Of a stretch of 64,000 nt of DNA, positions 41,001 through 54,785 are shown one piece after another. The DNA comes from Monocercomonoides exilis PA203 (lineage: Eukaryota; Protista; Preaxostyla). Location of the stretch: assembly GCA_001643675.2 (NCBI GenBank), contig LSRY02000008.1:1054001-1118000 (forward strand). The letters run 5' to 3'. A program made the translations under genes and the position numbers. Each line of letters starts with the position of its first letter. The first letter of the stretch is position 1. The notes beneath the pieces were generated by a model. It saw nothing but the letters and a program-made list of their open reading frames with translations. It did no database searches and was not told the origin of the DNA.

Positions 41001-44000
41001 AGTCCAATTGCTTCTGTGCCAGCAACTTCGAATAATTCTGAATTATTATCATCAGATTTAAGTCCAATTGCTTCTGTGCCAGCAACTTCGAATAATTCTG
41101 AATTATTATCATCAGATTTAAGTCCAATTGCTTCTGTGCCAGCAACTTCGAATAATTCTGAATTATTATCATCAGATTTAAGTCCAATTGCTTCTGTGCC
41201 AGCAACTTCGAATAATTCTGAATTATTATCATCAGATTTAAGTCCAATTGCTTCTGTGCCAGCAACTTCGAATAATTCTGAATTATTATCATCAGATTTA
41301 AGTCCAATTGCTTCTGTGCCAGCAACTTCGAATAATTCTGAATTATTATCATCAGATTTAAGTCCAATTGCTTCTGTGCCAGCAACTTCGAATAATTCTG
41401 AATTATTATCATCAGATTTAAGTCCAATTGCTTCTGTGCCAGCAACTTCGAATAATTCTGAATTATTATCATCAGATTTAAGTCCAATTGCTTCTGTGCC
41501 AGCAACTTCGAATAATTCTGAATTATTATCATCAGATTTAAGTCCAATTGCTTCTGTGCCAGCAACTTCGAATAATTCTGAATTATTATCATCAGATTTA
41601 AGTCCAATTGCTTCTGTGCCAGCAACTTCGAATAATTCTGAATTATTATCATCAGATTTAAGTCCAATTGCTTCTGTGCCAGCAACTTCGAATAATTCTG
41701 AATTATTATCATCAGATTTAAGTCCAATTGCTTCTGTGCCAGCAACTTCGAATAATTCTGAATTATTATCATCAGATTTAAGTCCAATTGCTTCTGTGCC
41801 AGCAACTTCGAATAATTCTGAATTATTATCATCAGATTTAAGTCCAATTGCTTCTGTGCCAGCAACTTCGAATAATTCTGAATTATTATCATCAGATTTA
41901 AGTCCAATTGCTTCTGTGCCAGCAACTTCGAATAATTCTGAATTATTATCATCAGATTTAAGTCCAATTGCTTCTGTGCCAGCAACTTCGAATAATTCTG
42001 AATTATTATCATCAGATTTAAGTCCAATTGCTTCTGTGCCAGCAACTTCGAATAATTCTGAATTATTATCATCAGATTTAAGTCCAATTGCTTCTGTGCC
42101 AGCAACTTCGAATAATTCTGAATTATTATCATCAGATTTAAGTCCAATTGCTTCTGTGCCAGCAACTTCGAATAATTCTGAATTATTATCATCAGATTTA
42201 AGTCCAATTGCTTCTGTGCCAGCAACTTCGAATAATTCTGAATTATTATCATCAGATTTAAGTCCAATTGCTTCTGTGCCAGCAACTTCGAATAATTCTG
42301 AATTATTATCATCAGATTTAAGTCCAATTGCTTCTGTGCCAGCAACTTCGAATAATTCTGAATTATTATCATCAGATTTAAGTCCAATTGCTTCTGTGCC
42401 AGCAACTTCGAATAATTCTGAATTATTATCATCAGATTTAAGTCCAATTGCTTCTGTGCCAGCAACTTCGAATAATTCTGAATTATTATCATCAGATTTA
42501 AGTCCAATTGCTTCTGTGCCAGCAACTTCGAATAATTCTGAATTATTATCATCAGATTTAAGTCCAATTGCTTCTGTGCCAGCAACTTCGAATAATTCTG
42601 AATTATTATCATCAGATTTAAGTCCAATTGCTTCTGTGCCAGCAACTTCGAATAATTCTGAATTATTATCATCAGATTTAAGTCCAATTGCTTCTGTGCC
42701 AGCAACTTCGAATAATTCTGAATTATTATCATCAGATTTAAGTCCAATTGCTTCTGTGCCAGCAACTTCGAATAATTCTGAATTATTATCATCAGATTTA
42801 AGTCCAATTGCTTCTGTGCCAGCAACTTCGAATAATTCTGAATTATTATCATCAGATTTAAGTCCAATTGCTTCTGTGCCAGCAACTTCGAATAATTCTG
42901 AATTATTATCATCAGATTTAAGTCCAATTGCTTCTGTGCCAGCAACTTCGAATAATTCTGAATTATTATCATCAGATTTAAGTCCAATTGCTTCTGTGCC
43001 AGCAACTTCGAATAATTCTGAATTATTATCATCAGATTTAAGTCCAATTGCTTCTGTGCCAGCAACTTCGAATAATTCTGAATTATTATCATCAGATTTA
43101 AGTCCAATTGCTTCTGTGCCAGCAACTTCGAATAATTCTGAATTATTATCATCAGATTTAAGTCCAATTGCTTCTGTGCCAGCAACTTCGAATAATTCTG
43201 AATTATTATCATCAGATTTAAGTCCAATTGCTTCTGTGCCAGCAACTTCGAATAATTCTGAATTATTATCATCAGATTTAAGTCCAATTGCTTCTGTGCC
43301 AGCAACTTCGAATAATTCTGAATTATTATCATCAGATTTAAGTCCAATTGCTTCTGTGCCAGCAACTTCGAATAATTCTGAATTATTATCATCAGATTTA
43401 AGTCCAATTGCTTCTGTGCCAGCAACTTCGAATAATTCTGAATTATTATCATCAGATTTAAGTCCAATTGCTTCTGTGCCAGCAACTTCGAATAATTCTG
43501 AATTATTATCATCAGATTTAAGTCCAATTGCTTCTGTGCCAGCAACTTCGAATAATTCTGAATTATTATCATCAGATTTAAGTCCAATTGCTTCTGTGCC
43601 AGCAACTTCGAATAATTCTGAATTATTATCATCAGATTTAAGTCCAATTGCTTCTGTGCCAGCAACTTCGAATAATTCTGAATTATTATCATCAGATTTA
43701 AGTCCAATTGCTTCTGTGCCAGCAACTTCGAATAATTCTGAATTATTATCATCAGATTTAAGTCCAATTGCTTCTGTGCCAGCAACTTCGAATAATTCTG
43801 AATTATTATCATCAGATTTAAGTCCAATTGCTTCTGTGCCAGCAACTTCGAATAATTCTGAATTATTATCATCAGATTTAAGTCCAATTGCTTCTGTGCC
43901 AGCAACTTCGAATAATTCTGAATTATTATCATCAGATTTAAGTCCAATTGCTTCTGTGCCAGCAACTTCGAATAATTCTGAATTATTATCATCAGATTTA

Positions 44001-47000
44001 AGTCCAATTGCTTCTGTGCCAGCAACTTCGAATAATTCTGAATTATTATCATCAGATTTAAGTCCAATTGCTTCTGTGCCAGCAACTTCGAATAATTCTG
44101 AATTATTATCATCAGATTTAAGTCCAATTGCTTCTGTGCCAGCAACTTCGAATAATTCTGAATTATTATCATCAGATTTAAGTCCAATTGCTTCTGTGCC
44201 AGCAACTTCGAATAATTCTGAATTATTATCATCAGATTTAAGTCCAATTGCTTCTGTGCCAGCAACTTCGAATAATTCTGAATTATTATCATCAGATTTA
44301 AGTCCAATTGCTTCTGTGCCAGCAACTTCGAATAATTCTGAATTATTATCATCAGATTTAAGTCCAATTGCTTCTGTGCCAGCAACTTCGAATAATTCTG
44401 AATTATTATCATCAGATTTAAGTCCAATTGCTTCTGTGCCAGCAACTTCGAATAATTCTGAATTATTATCATCAGATTTAAGTCCAATTGCTTCTGTGCC
44501 AGCAACTTCGAATAATTCTGAATTATTATCATCAGATTTAAGTCCAATTGCTTCTGTGCCAGCAACTTCGAATAATTCTGAATTATTATCATCAGATTTA
44601 AGTCCAATTGCTTCTGTGCCAGCAACTTCGAATAATTCTGAATTATTATCATCAGATTTAAGTCCAATTGCTTCTGTGCCAGCAACTTCGAATAATTCTG
44701 AATTATTATCATCAGATTTAAGTCCAATTGCTTCTGTGCCAGCAACTTCGAATAATTCTGAATTATTATCATCAGATTTAAGTCCAATTGCTTCTGTGCC
44801 AGCAACTTCGAATAATTCTGAATTATTATCATCAGATTTAAGTCCAATTGCTTCTGTGCCAGCAACTTCGAATAATTCTGAATTATTATCATCAGATTTA
44901 AGTCCAATTGCTTCTGTGCCAGCAACTTCGAATAATTCTGAATTATTATCATCAGATTTAAGTCCAATTGCTTCTGTGCCAGCAACTTCGAATAATTCTG
45001 AATTATTATCATCAGATTTAAGTCCAATTGCTTCTGTGCCAGCAACTTCGAATAATTCTGAATTATTATCATCAGATTTAAGTCCAATTGCTTCTGTGCC
45101 AGCAACTTCGAATAATTCTGAATTATTATCATCAGATTTAAGTCCAATTGCTTCTGTGCCAGCAACTTCGAATAATTCTGAATTATTATCATCAGATTTA
45201 AGTCCAATTGCTTCTGTGCCAGCAACTTCGAATAATTCTGAATTATTATCATCAGATTTAAGTCCAATTGCTTCTGTGCCAGCAACTTCGAATAATTCTG
45301 AATTATTATCATCAGATTTAAGTCCAATTGCTTCTGTGCCAGCAACTTCGAATAATTCTGAATTATTATCATCAGATTTAAGTCCAATTGCTTCTGTGCC
45401 AGCAACTTCGAATAATTCTGAATTATTATCATCAGATTTAAGTCCAATTGCTTCTGTGCCAGCAACTTCGAATAATTCTGAATTATTATCATCAGATTTA
45501 AGTCCAATTGCTTCTGTGCCAGCAACTTCGAATAATTCTGAATTATTATCATCAGATTTAAGTCCAATTGCTTCTGTGCCAGCAACTTCGAATAATTCTG
45601 AATTATTATCATCAGATTTAAGTCCAATTGCTTCTGTGCCAGCAACTTCGAATAATTCTGAATTATTATCATCAGATTTAAGTCCAATTGCTTCTGTGCC
45701 AGCAACTTCGAATAATTCTGAATTATTATCATCAGATTTAAGTCCAATTGCTTCTGTGCCAGCAACTTCGAATAATTCTGAATTATTATCATCAGATTTA
45801 AGTCCAATTGCTTCTGTGCCAGCAACTTCGAATAATTCTGAATTATTATCATCAGATTTAAGTCCAATTGCTTCTGTGCCAGCAACTTCGAATAATTCTG
45901 AATTATTATCATCAGATTTAAGTCCAATTGCTTCTGTGCCAGCAACTTCGAATAATTCTGAATTATTATCATCAGATTTAAGTCCAATTGCTTCTGTGCC
46001 AGCAACTTCGAATAATTCTGAATTATTATCATCAGATTTAAGTCCAATTGCTTCTGTGCCAGCAACTTCGAATAATTCTGAATTATTATCATCAGATTTA
46101 AGTCCAATTGCTTCTGTGCCAGCAACTTCGAATAATTCTGAATTATTATCATCAGATTTAAGTCCAATTGCTTCTGTGCCAGCAACTTCGAATAATTCTG
46201 AATTATTATCATCAGATTTAAGTCCAATTGCTTCTGTGCCAGCAACTTCGAATAATTCTGAATTATTATCATCAGATTTAAGTCCAATTGCTTCTGTGCC
46301 AGCAACTTCGAATAATTCTGAATTATTATCATCAGATTTAAGTCCAATTGCTTCTGTGCCAGCAACTTCGAATAATTCTGAATTATTATCATCAGATTTA
46401 AGTCCAATTGCTTCTGTGCCAGCAACTTCGAATAATTCTGAATTATTATCATCAGATTTAAGTCCAATTGCTTCTGTGCCAGCAACTTCGAATAATTCTG
46501 AATTATTATCATCAGATTTAAGTCCAATTGCTTCTGTGCCAGCAACTTCGAATAATTCTGAATTATTATCATCAGATTTAAGTCCAATTGCTTCTGTGCC
46601 AGCAACTTCGAATAATTCTGAATTATTATCATCAGATTTAAGTCCAATTGCTTCTGTGCCAGCAACTTCGAATAATTCTGAATTATTATCATCAGATTTA
46701 AGTCCAATTGCTTCTGTGCCAGCAACTTCGAATAATTCTGAATTATTATCATCAGATTTAAGTCCAATTGCTTCTGTGCCAGCAACTTCGAATAATTCTG
46801 AATTATTATCATCAGATTTAAGTCCAATTGCTTCTGTGCCAGCAACTTCGAATAATTCTGAATTATTATCATCAGATTTAAGTCCAATTGCTTCTGTGCC
46901 AGCAACTTCGAATAATTCTGAATTATTATCATCAGATTTAAGTCCAATTGCTTCTGTGCCAGCAACTTCGAATAATTCTGAATTATTATCATCAGATTTA

Positions 47001-50000
47001 AGTCCAATTGCTTCTGTGCCAGCAACTTCGAATAATTCTGAATTATTATCATCAGATTTAAGTCCAATTGCTTCTGTGCCAGCAACTTCGAATAATTCTG
47101 AATTATTATCATCAGATTTAAGTCCAATTGCTTCTGTGCCAGCAACTTCGAATAATTCTGAATTATTATCATCAGATTTAAGTCCAATTGCTTCTGTGCC
47201 AGCAACTTCGAATAATTCTGAATTATTATCATCAGATTTAAGTCCAATTGCTTCTGTGCCAGCAACTTCGAATAATTCTGAATTATTATCATCAGATTTA
47301 AGTCCAATTGCTTCTGTGCCAGCAACTTCGAATAATTCTGAATTATTATCATCAGATTTAAGTCCAATTGCTTCTGTGCCAGCAACTTCGAATAATTCTG
47401 AATTATTATCATCAGATTTAAGTCCAATTGCTTCTGTGCCAGCAACTTCGAATAATTCTGAATTATTATCATCAGATTTAAGTCCAATTGCTTCTGTGCC
47501 AGCAACTTCGAATAATTCTGAATTATTATCATCAGATTTAAGTCCAATTGCTTCTGTGCCAGCAACTTCGAATAATTCTGAATTATTATCATCAGATTTA
47601 AGTCCAATTGCTTCTGTGCCAGCAACTTCGAATAATTCTGAATTATTATCATCAGATTTAAGTCCAATTGCTTCTGTGCCTGCAACTTCGAATAATTCTG
47701 AATTATTATCATCAGATTTAAGTCCAATTGCTTCTGTGCCAGCAACTTCGAATAATTCTGAATTATTATCATCAGATTTAAGTCCAATTGCTTCTGTGCC
47801 TGCAACTTCGAATAATTCTGAATTATTATCATCAGATTTAAGTCCAATTGCTTCTGTGCCTGCAACTTCGAATAATTCTGAATTATTATCATCAGATTTA
47901 AGTCCAATTGCTTCTGTGCCTGCAACTTCGAATAATTCTGAATTATTATCATCAGATTTAAGTCCAATTGCTTCTGTGCCTGCAACTTCGAATAATTCTG
48001 AATTATTATCATCAGATTTAAGTCCAATTGCTTCTGTGCCTGCAACTTCGAATAATTCTGAATTATTATCATCAGATTTAAGTCCAATTGCTTCTGTGCC
48101 TGCAACTTCGAATAATTCTGAATTATTATCATCAGATTTAAGTCCAATTGCTTCTGTGCCTGCAACTTCGAATAATTCTGAATTATTATCATCAGATTTA
48201 AGTCCAATTGCTTCTGTGCCTGCAACTTCGAATAATTCTGAATTATTATCATCAGATTTAAGTCCAATTGCTTCTGTGCCTGCAACTTCGAATAATTCTG
48301 AATTATTATCATCAGATTTAAGTCCAATTGCTTCTGTGCCTGCAACTTCGAATAATTCTGAATTATTATCATCAGATTTAAGTCCAATTGCTTCTGTGCC
48401 TGCAACTTCGAATAATTCTGAATTATTATCATCAGATTTAAGTCCAATTGCTTCTGTGCCTGCAACTTCGAATAATTCTGAATTATTATCATCAGATTTA
48501 AGTCCAATTGCTTCTGTGCCTGCAACTTCGAATAATTCTGAATTATTATCATCAGATTTAAGTCCAATTGCTTCTGTGCCTGCAACTTCGAATAATTCTG
48601 AATTATTATCATCAGATTTAAGTCCAATTGCTTCTGTGCCTGCAACTTCGAATAATTCTGAATTATTATCATCAGATTTAAGTCCAATTGCTTCTGTGCC
48701 TGCAACTTCGAATAATTCTGAATTATTATCATCAGATTTAAGTCCAATTGCTTCTGTGCCTGCAACTTCGAATAATTCTGAATTATTATCATCAGATTTA
48801 AGTCCAATTGCTTCTGTGCCAGCAACTTCGAATAATTCTGAATTATTATCATCAGATTTAAGTCCAATTGCTTCTGTGCCTGCAACTTCGAATAATTCTG
48901 AATTATTATCATCAGATTTAAGTCCAATTGCTTCTGTGCCTGCAACTTCGAATAATTCTGAATTATTATCATCAGATTTAAGTCCAATTGCTTCTGTGCC
49001 TGCAACTTCGAATAATTCTGAATTATTATCATCAGATTTAAGTCCAATTGCTTCTGTGCCTGCAACTTCGAATAATTCTGAATTATTATCATCAGATTTA
49101 AGTCCAATTGCTTCTGTGCCTGCAACTTCGAATAATTCTGAATTATTATCATCAGATTTAAGTCCAATTGCTTCTGTGCCTGCAACTTCGAATAATTCTG
49201 AATTATTATCATCAGATTTAAGTCCAATTGCTTCTGTGCCTGCAACTTCGAATAATTCTGAATTATTATCATCAGATTTAAGTCCAATTGCTTCTGTGCC
49301 TGCAACTTCGAATAATTCTGAATTATTATCATCAGATTTAAGTCCAATTGCTTCTGTGCCTGCAACTTCGAATAATTCTGAATTATTATCATCAGATTTA
49401 AGTCCAATTGCTTCTGTGCCTGCAACTTCGAATAATTCTGAATTATTATCATCAGATTTAAGTCCAATTGCTTCTGTGCCTGCAACTTCGAATAATTCTG
49501 AATTATTATCATCAGATTTAAGTCCAATTGCTTCTGTGCCTGCAACTTCGAATAATTCTGAATTATTATCATCAGATTTAAGTCCAATTGCTTCTGTGCC
49601 TGCAACTTCGAATAATTCTGAATTATTATCATCAGATTTAAGTCCAATTGCTTCTGTGCCTGCAACTTCGAATAATTCTGAATTATTATCATCAGATTTA
49701 AGTCCAATTGCTTCTGTGCCTGCAACTTCGAATAATTCTGAATTATTATCATCAGATTTAAGTCCAATTGCTTCTGTGCCTGCAACTTCGAATAATTCTG
49801 AATTATTATCATCAGATTTAAGTCCAATTGCTTCTGTGCCTGCAACTTCGAATAATTCTGAATTATTATCATCAGATTTAAGTCCAATTGCTTCTGTGCC
49901 TGCAACTTCGAATAATTCTGAATTATTATCATCAGATTTAAGTCCAATTGCTTCTGTGCCTGCAACTTCGAATAATTCTGAATTATTATCATCAGATTTA

Positions 50001-53000
50001 AGTCCAATTGCTTCTGTGCCTGCAACTTCGAATAATTCTGAATTATTATCATCAGATTTAAGTCCAATTGCTTCTGTGCCTGCAACTTCGAATAATTCTG
50101 AATTATTATCATCAGATTTAAGTCCAATTGCTTCTGTGCCTGCAACTTCGAATAATTCTGAATTATTATCATCAGATTTAAGTCCAATTGCTTCTGTGCC
50201 TGCAACTTCGAATAATTCTGAATTATTATCATCAGATTTAAGTCCAATTGCTTCTGTGCCTGCAACTTCGAATAATTCTGAATTATTATCATCAGATTTA
50301 AGTCCAATTGCTTCTGTGCCTGCAACTTCGAATAATTCTGAATTATTATCATCAGATTTAAGTCCAATTGCTTCTGTGCCTGCAACTTCGAATAATTCTG
50401 AATTATTATCATCAGATTTAAGTCCAATTGCTTCTGTGCCTGCAACTTCGAATAATTCTGAATTATTATCATCAGATTTAAGTCCAATTGCTTCTGTGCC
50501 TGCAACTTCGAATAATTCTGAATCATTATCATCAGATTTAAGTCCAATTGCTTCTGTGCCTGCAACTTCGAATAATTCTGAATTATTATCATCAGATTTA
50601 AGTCCAATTGCTTCTGTGCCTGCAACTTCGAATAATTCTGAATTATTATCATCAGATTTAAGTCCAATTGCTTCTGTGCCTGCAACTTCGAATAATTCTG
50701 AATTATTATCATCAGATTTAAGTCCAATTGCTTCTGTGCCTGCAACTTCGAATAATTCTGAATTATTATCATCAGATTTAAGTCCAATTGCTTCTGTGCC
50801 TGCAACTTCGAATAATTCTGAATTATTATCATCAGATTTAAGTCCAATTGCTTCTGTGCCTGCAACTTCGAATAATTCTGAATTATTATCATCAGATTTA
50901 AGTCCAATTGCTTCTGTGCCTGCAACTTCGAATAATTCTGAATTATTATCATCAGATTTAAGTCCAATTGCTTCTGTGCCTGCAACTTCGAATAATTCTG
51001 AATTATTATCATCAGATTTAAGTCCAATTGCTTCTGTGCCTGCAACTTCGAATAATTCTGAATTATTATCATCAGATTTAAGTCCAATTGCTTCTGTGCC
51101 TGCAACTTCGAATAATTCTGAATTATTATCATCAGATTTAAGTCCAATTGCTTCTGTGCCTGCAACTTCGAATAATTCTGAATTATTATCATCAGATTTA
51201 AGTCCAATTGCTTCTGTGCCTGCAACTTCGAATAATTCTGAATTATTATCATCAGATTTAAGTCCAATTGCTTCTGTGCCTGCAACTTCGAATAATTCTG
51301 AATTATTATCATCAGATTTAAGTCCAATTGCTTCTGTGCCTGCAACTTCGAATAATTCTGAATTATTATCATCAGATTTAAGTCCAATTGCTTCTGTGCC
51401 TGCAACTTCGAATAATTCTGAATTATTATCATCAGATTTAAGTCCAATTGCTTCTGTGCCTGCAACTTCGAATAATTCTGAATTATTATCATCAGATTTA
51501 AGTCCAATTGCTTCTGTGCCTGCAACTTCGAATAATTCTGAATTATTATCATCAGATTTAAGTCCAATTGCTTCTGTGCCTGCAACTTCGAATAATTCTG
51601 AATTATTATCATCAGATTTAAGTCCAATTGCTTCTGTGCCTGCAACTTCGAATAATTCTGAATTATTATCATCAGATTTAAGTCCAATTGCTTCTGTGCC
51701 TGCAACTTCGAATAATTCTGAATTATTATCATCAGATTTAAGTCCAATTGCTTCTGTGCCTGCAACTTCGAATAATTCTGAATTATTATCATCAGATTTA
51801 AGTCCAATTGCTTCTGTGCCTGCAACTTCGAATAATTCTGAATTATTATCATCAGATTTAAGTCCAATTGCTTCTGTGCCTGCAACTTCGAATAATTCTG
51901 AATTATTATCATCAGATTTAAGTCCAATTGCTTCTGTGCCTGCAACTTCGAATAATTCTGAATTATTATCATCAGATTTAAGTCCAATTGCTTCTGTGCC
52001 TGCAACTTCGAATAATTCTGAATTATTATCATCAGATTTAAGTCCAATTGCTTCTGTGCCTGCAACTTCGAATAATTCTGAATTATTATCATCAGATTTA
52101 AGTCCAATTGCTTCTGTGCCTGCAACTTCGAATAATTCTGAATTATTATCATCAGATTTAAGTCCAATTGCTTCTGTGCCTGCAACTTCGAATAATTCTG
52201 AATTATTATCATCAGATTTAAGTCCAATTGCTTCTGTGCCTGCAACTTCGAATAATTCTGAATTATTATCATCAGATTTAAGTCCAATTGCTTCTGTGCC
52301 TGCAACTTCGAATAATTCTGAATTATTATCATCAGATTTAAGTCCAATTGCTTCTGTGCCTGCAACTTCGAATAATTCTGAATTATTATCATCAGATTTA
52401 AGTCCAATTGCTTCTGTGCCTGCAACTTCGAATAATTCTGAATTATTATCATCAGATTTAAGTCCAATTGCTTCTGTGCCTGCAACTTCGAATAATTCTG
52501 AATTATTATCATCAGATTTAAGTCCAATTGCTTCTGTGCCTGCAACTTCGAATAATTCTGAATTATTATCATCAGATTTAAGTCCAATTGCTTCTGTGCC
52601 TGCAACTTCGAATAATTCTGAATTATTATCATCAGATTTAAGTCCAATTGCTTCTGTGCCTGCAACTTCGAATAATTCTGAATTATTATCATCAGATTTA
52701 AGTCCAATTGCTTCTGTGCCTGCAACTTCGAATAATTCTGAATTATTATCATCAGATTTAAGTCCAATTGCTTCTGTGCCTGCAACTTCGAATAATTCTG
52801 AATTATTATCATCAGATTTAAGTCCAATTGCTTCTGTGCCTGCAACTTCGAATAATTCTGAATTATTATCATCAGATTTAAGTCCAATTGCTTCTGTGCC
52901 TGCAACTTCGAATAATTCTGAATTATTATCATCAGATTTAAGTCCAATTGCTTCTGTGCCTGCAACTTCGAATAATTCTGAATTATTATCATCAGATTTA

Positions 53001-54585
53001 AGTCCAATTGCTTCTGTGCCTGCAACTTCGAATAATTCTGAATTATTATCATCAGATTTAAGTCCAATTGCTTCTGTGCCTGCAACTTCGAATAATTCTG
53101 AATTATTATCATCAGATTTAAGTCCAATTGCTTCTGTGCCTGCAACTTCGAATAATTCTGAATTATTATCATCAGATTTAAGTCCAATTGCTTCTGTGCC
53201 TGCAACTTCGAATAATTCTGAATTATTATCATCAGATTTAAGTCCAATTGCTTCTGTGCCTGCAACTTCGAATAATTCTGAATTATTATCATCAGATTTA
53301 AGTCCAATTGCTTCTGTGCCTGCAACTTCGAATAATTCTGAATTATTATCATCAGATTTAAGTCCAATTGCTTCTGTGCCTGCAACTTCGAATAATTCTG
53401 AATTATTATCATCAGATTTAAGTCCAATTGCTTCTGTGCCTGCAACTTCGAATAATTCTGAATTATTATCATCAGATTTAAGTCCAATTGCTTCTGTGCC
53501 TGCAACTTCGAATAATTCTGAATTATTATCATCAGATTTAAGTCCAATTGCTTCTGTGCCTGCAACTTCGAATAATTCTGAATTATTATCATCAGATTTA
53601 AGTCCAATTGCTTCTGTGCCTGCAACTTCGAATAATTCTGAATTATTATCATCAGATTTAAGTCCAATTGCTTCTGTGCCTGCAACTTCGAATAATTCTG
53701 AATTATTATCATCAGATTTAAGTCCAATTGCTTCTGTGCCTGCAACTTCGAATAATTCTGAATTATTATCATCAGATTTAAGTCCAATTGCTTCTGTGCC
53801 TGCAACTTCGAATAATTCTGAATTATTATCATCAGATTTAAGTCCAATTGCTTCTGTGCCTGCAACTTCGAATAATTCTGAATTATTATCATCAGATTTA
53901 AGTCCAATTGCTTCTGTGCCTGCAACTTCGAATAATTCTGAATTATTATCATCAGATTTAAGTCCAATTGCTTCTGTGCCTGCAACTTCGAATAATTCTG
54001 AATTATTATCATCAGATTTAAGTCCAATTGCTTCTGTGCCTGCAACTTCGAATAATTCTGAATTATTATCATCAGATTTAAGTCCAATTGCTTCTGTGCC
54101 TGCAACTTCGAATAATTCTGAATTATTATCATCAGATTTAAGTCCAATTGCTTCTGTGCCTGCAACTTCGAATAATTCTGAATTATTATCATCAGATTTA
54201 AGTCCAATTGCTTCTGTGCCTGCAACTTCGAATAATTCTGAATTATTATCATCAGATTTAAGTCCAATTGCTTCTGTGCCTGCAACTTCGAATAATTCTG
54301 AATTATTATCATCAGATTTAAGTCCAATTGCTTCTGTGCCTGCAACTTCGAATAATTCTGAATTATTATCATCAGATTTAAGTCCAATTGCTTCTGTGCC
54401 TGCAACTTCGAATAATTCTGAATTATTATCATCAGATTTAAGTCCAATTGCTTCTGTGCCTGCAACTTCGAATAATTCTGAATTATTATCATCAGATTTA
54501 AGTCCAATTGCTTCTGTGCCTGCAACTTCGAATAATTCTGAATTATTATCATCAGATTTAAGTCCAATTGCTTCTGTGCCTGCAA
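38098..54585 (-). other. Antisense stop-free frame through the array (QKQLDLNLMIIIQNYSKL[L/Q]A repeats); probably incidental
   Basis: From the ORF track. Confined to the array, with no unique flanking coding sequence. Confidence 0.15.
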
Positions 54586-54620
54586 CTTCGCATAATTTTG
54601 AATTATTATTAATAGATTTA
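38101..54620. repeat. Tandem array, 60-bp unit x ~275 (AATTATTATCATCAGATTTAAGTCCAATTGCTTCTGTGCCWGCAACTTCGAATAATTCTG)
   Basis: Each 60-nt line is identical except an A/T variant at unit position 41, one T>C at 50524, and degenerate first and last units. Confidence 0.99.
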
Positions 54621-54785
54621 TGTTCTATTCAATATTTTTTTATTGTGACATATCACAGAAACGATAAATTGAAGGAAAATACTAATATGTTCGATGAAAT
54701 TATATCTTTTGAAGTTGAGAGAGAAAAAGAGTTGGAATTTAGTGATTCTGATGATAAAGAAAATAAATTAATGAATATTTGCAAA

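Noticed and set aside
38101-54620. CRISPR array
   Set aside because: No unique spacers and no cas genes; it is a pure tandem repeat.
54622-54658. 37-nt GT..CAG intron after the array
   Set aside because: Splicing would create TAA and shift out of the USP frame; the frame already reads through.
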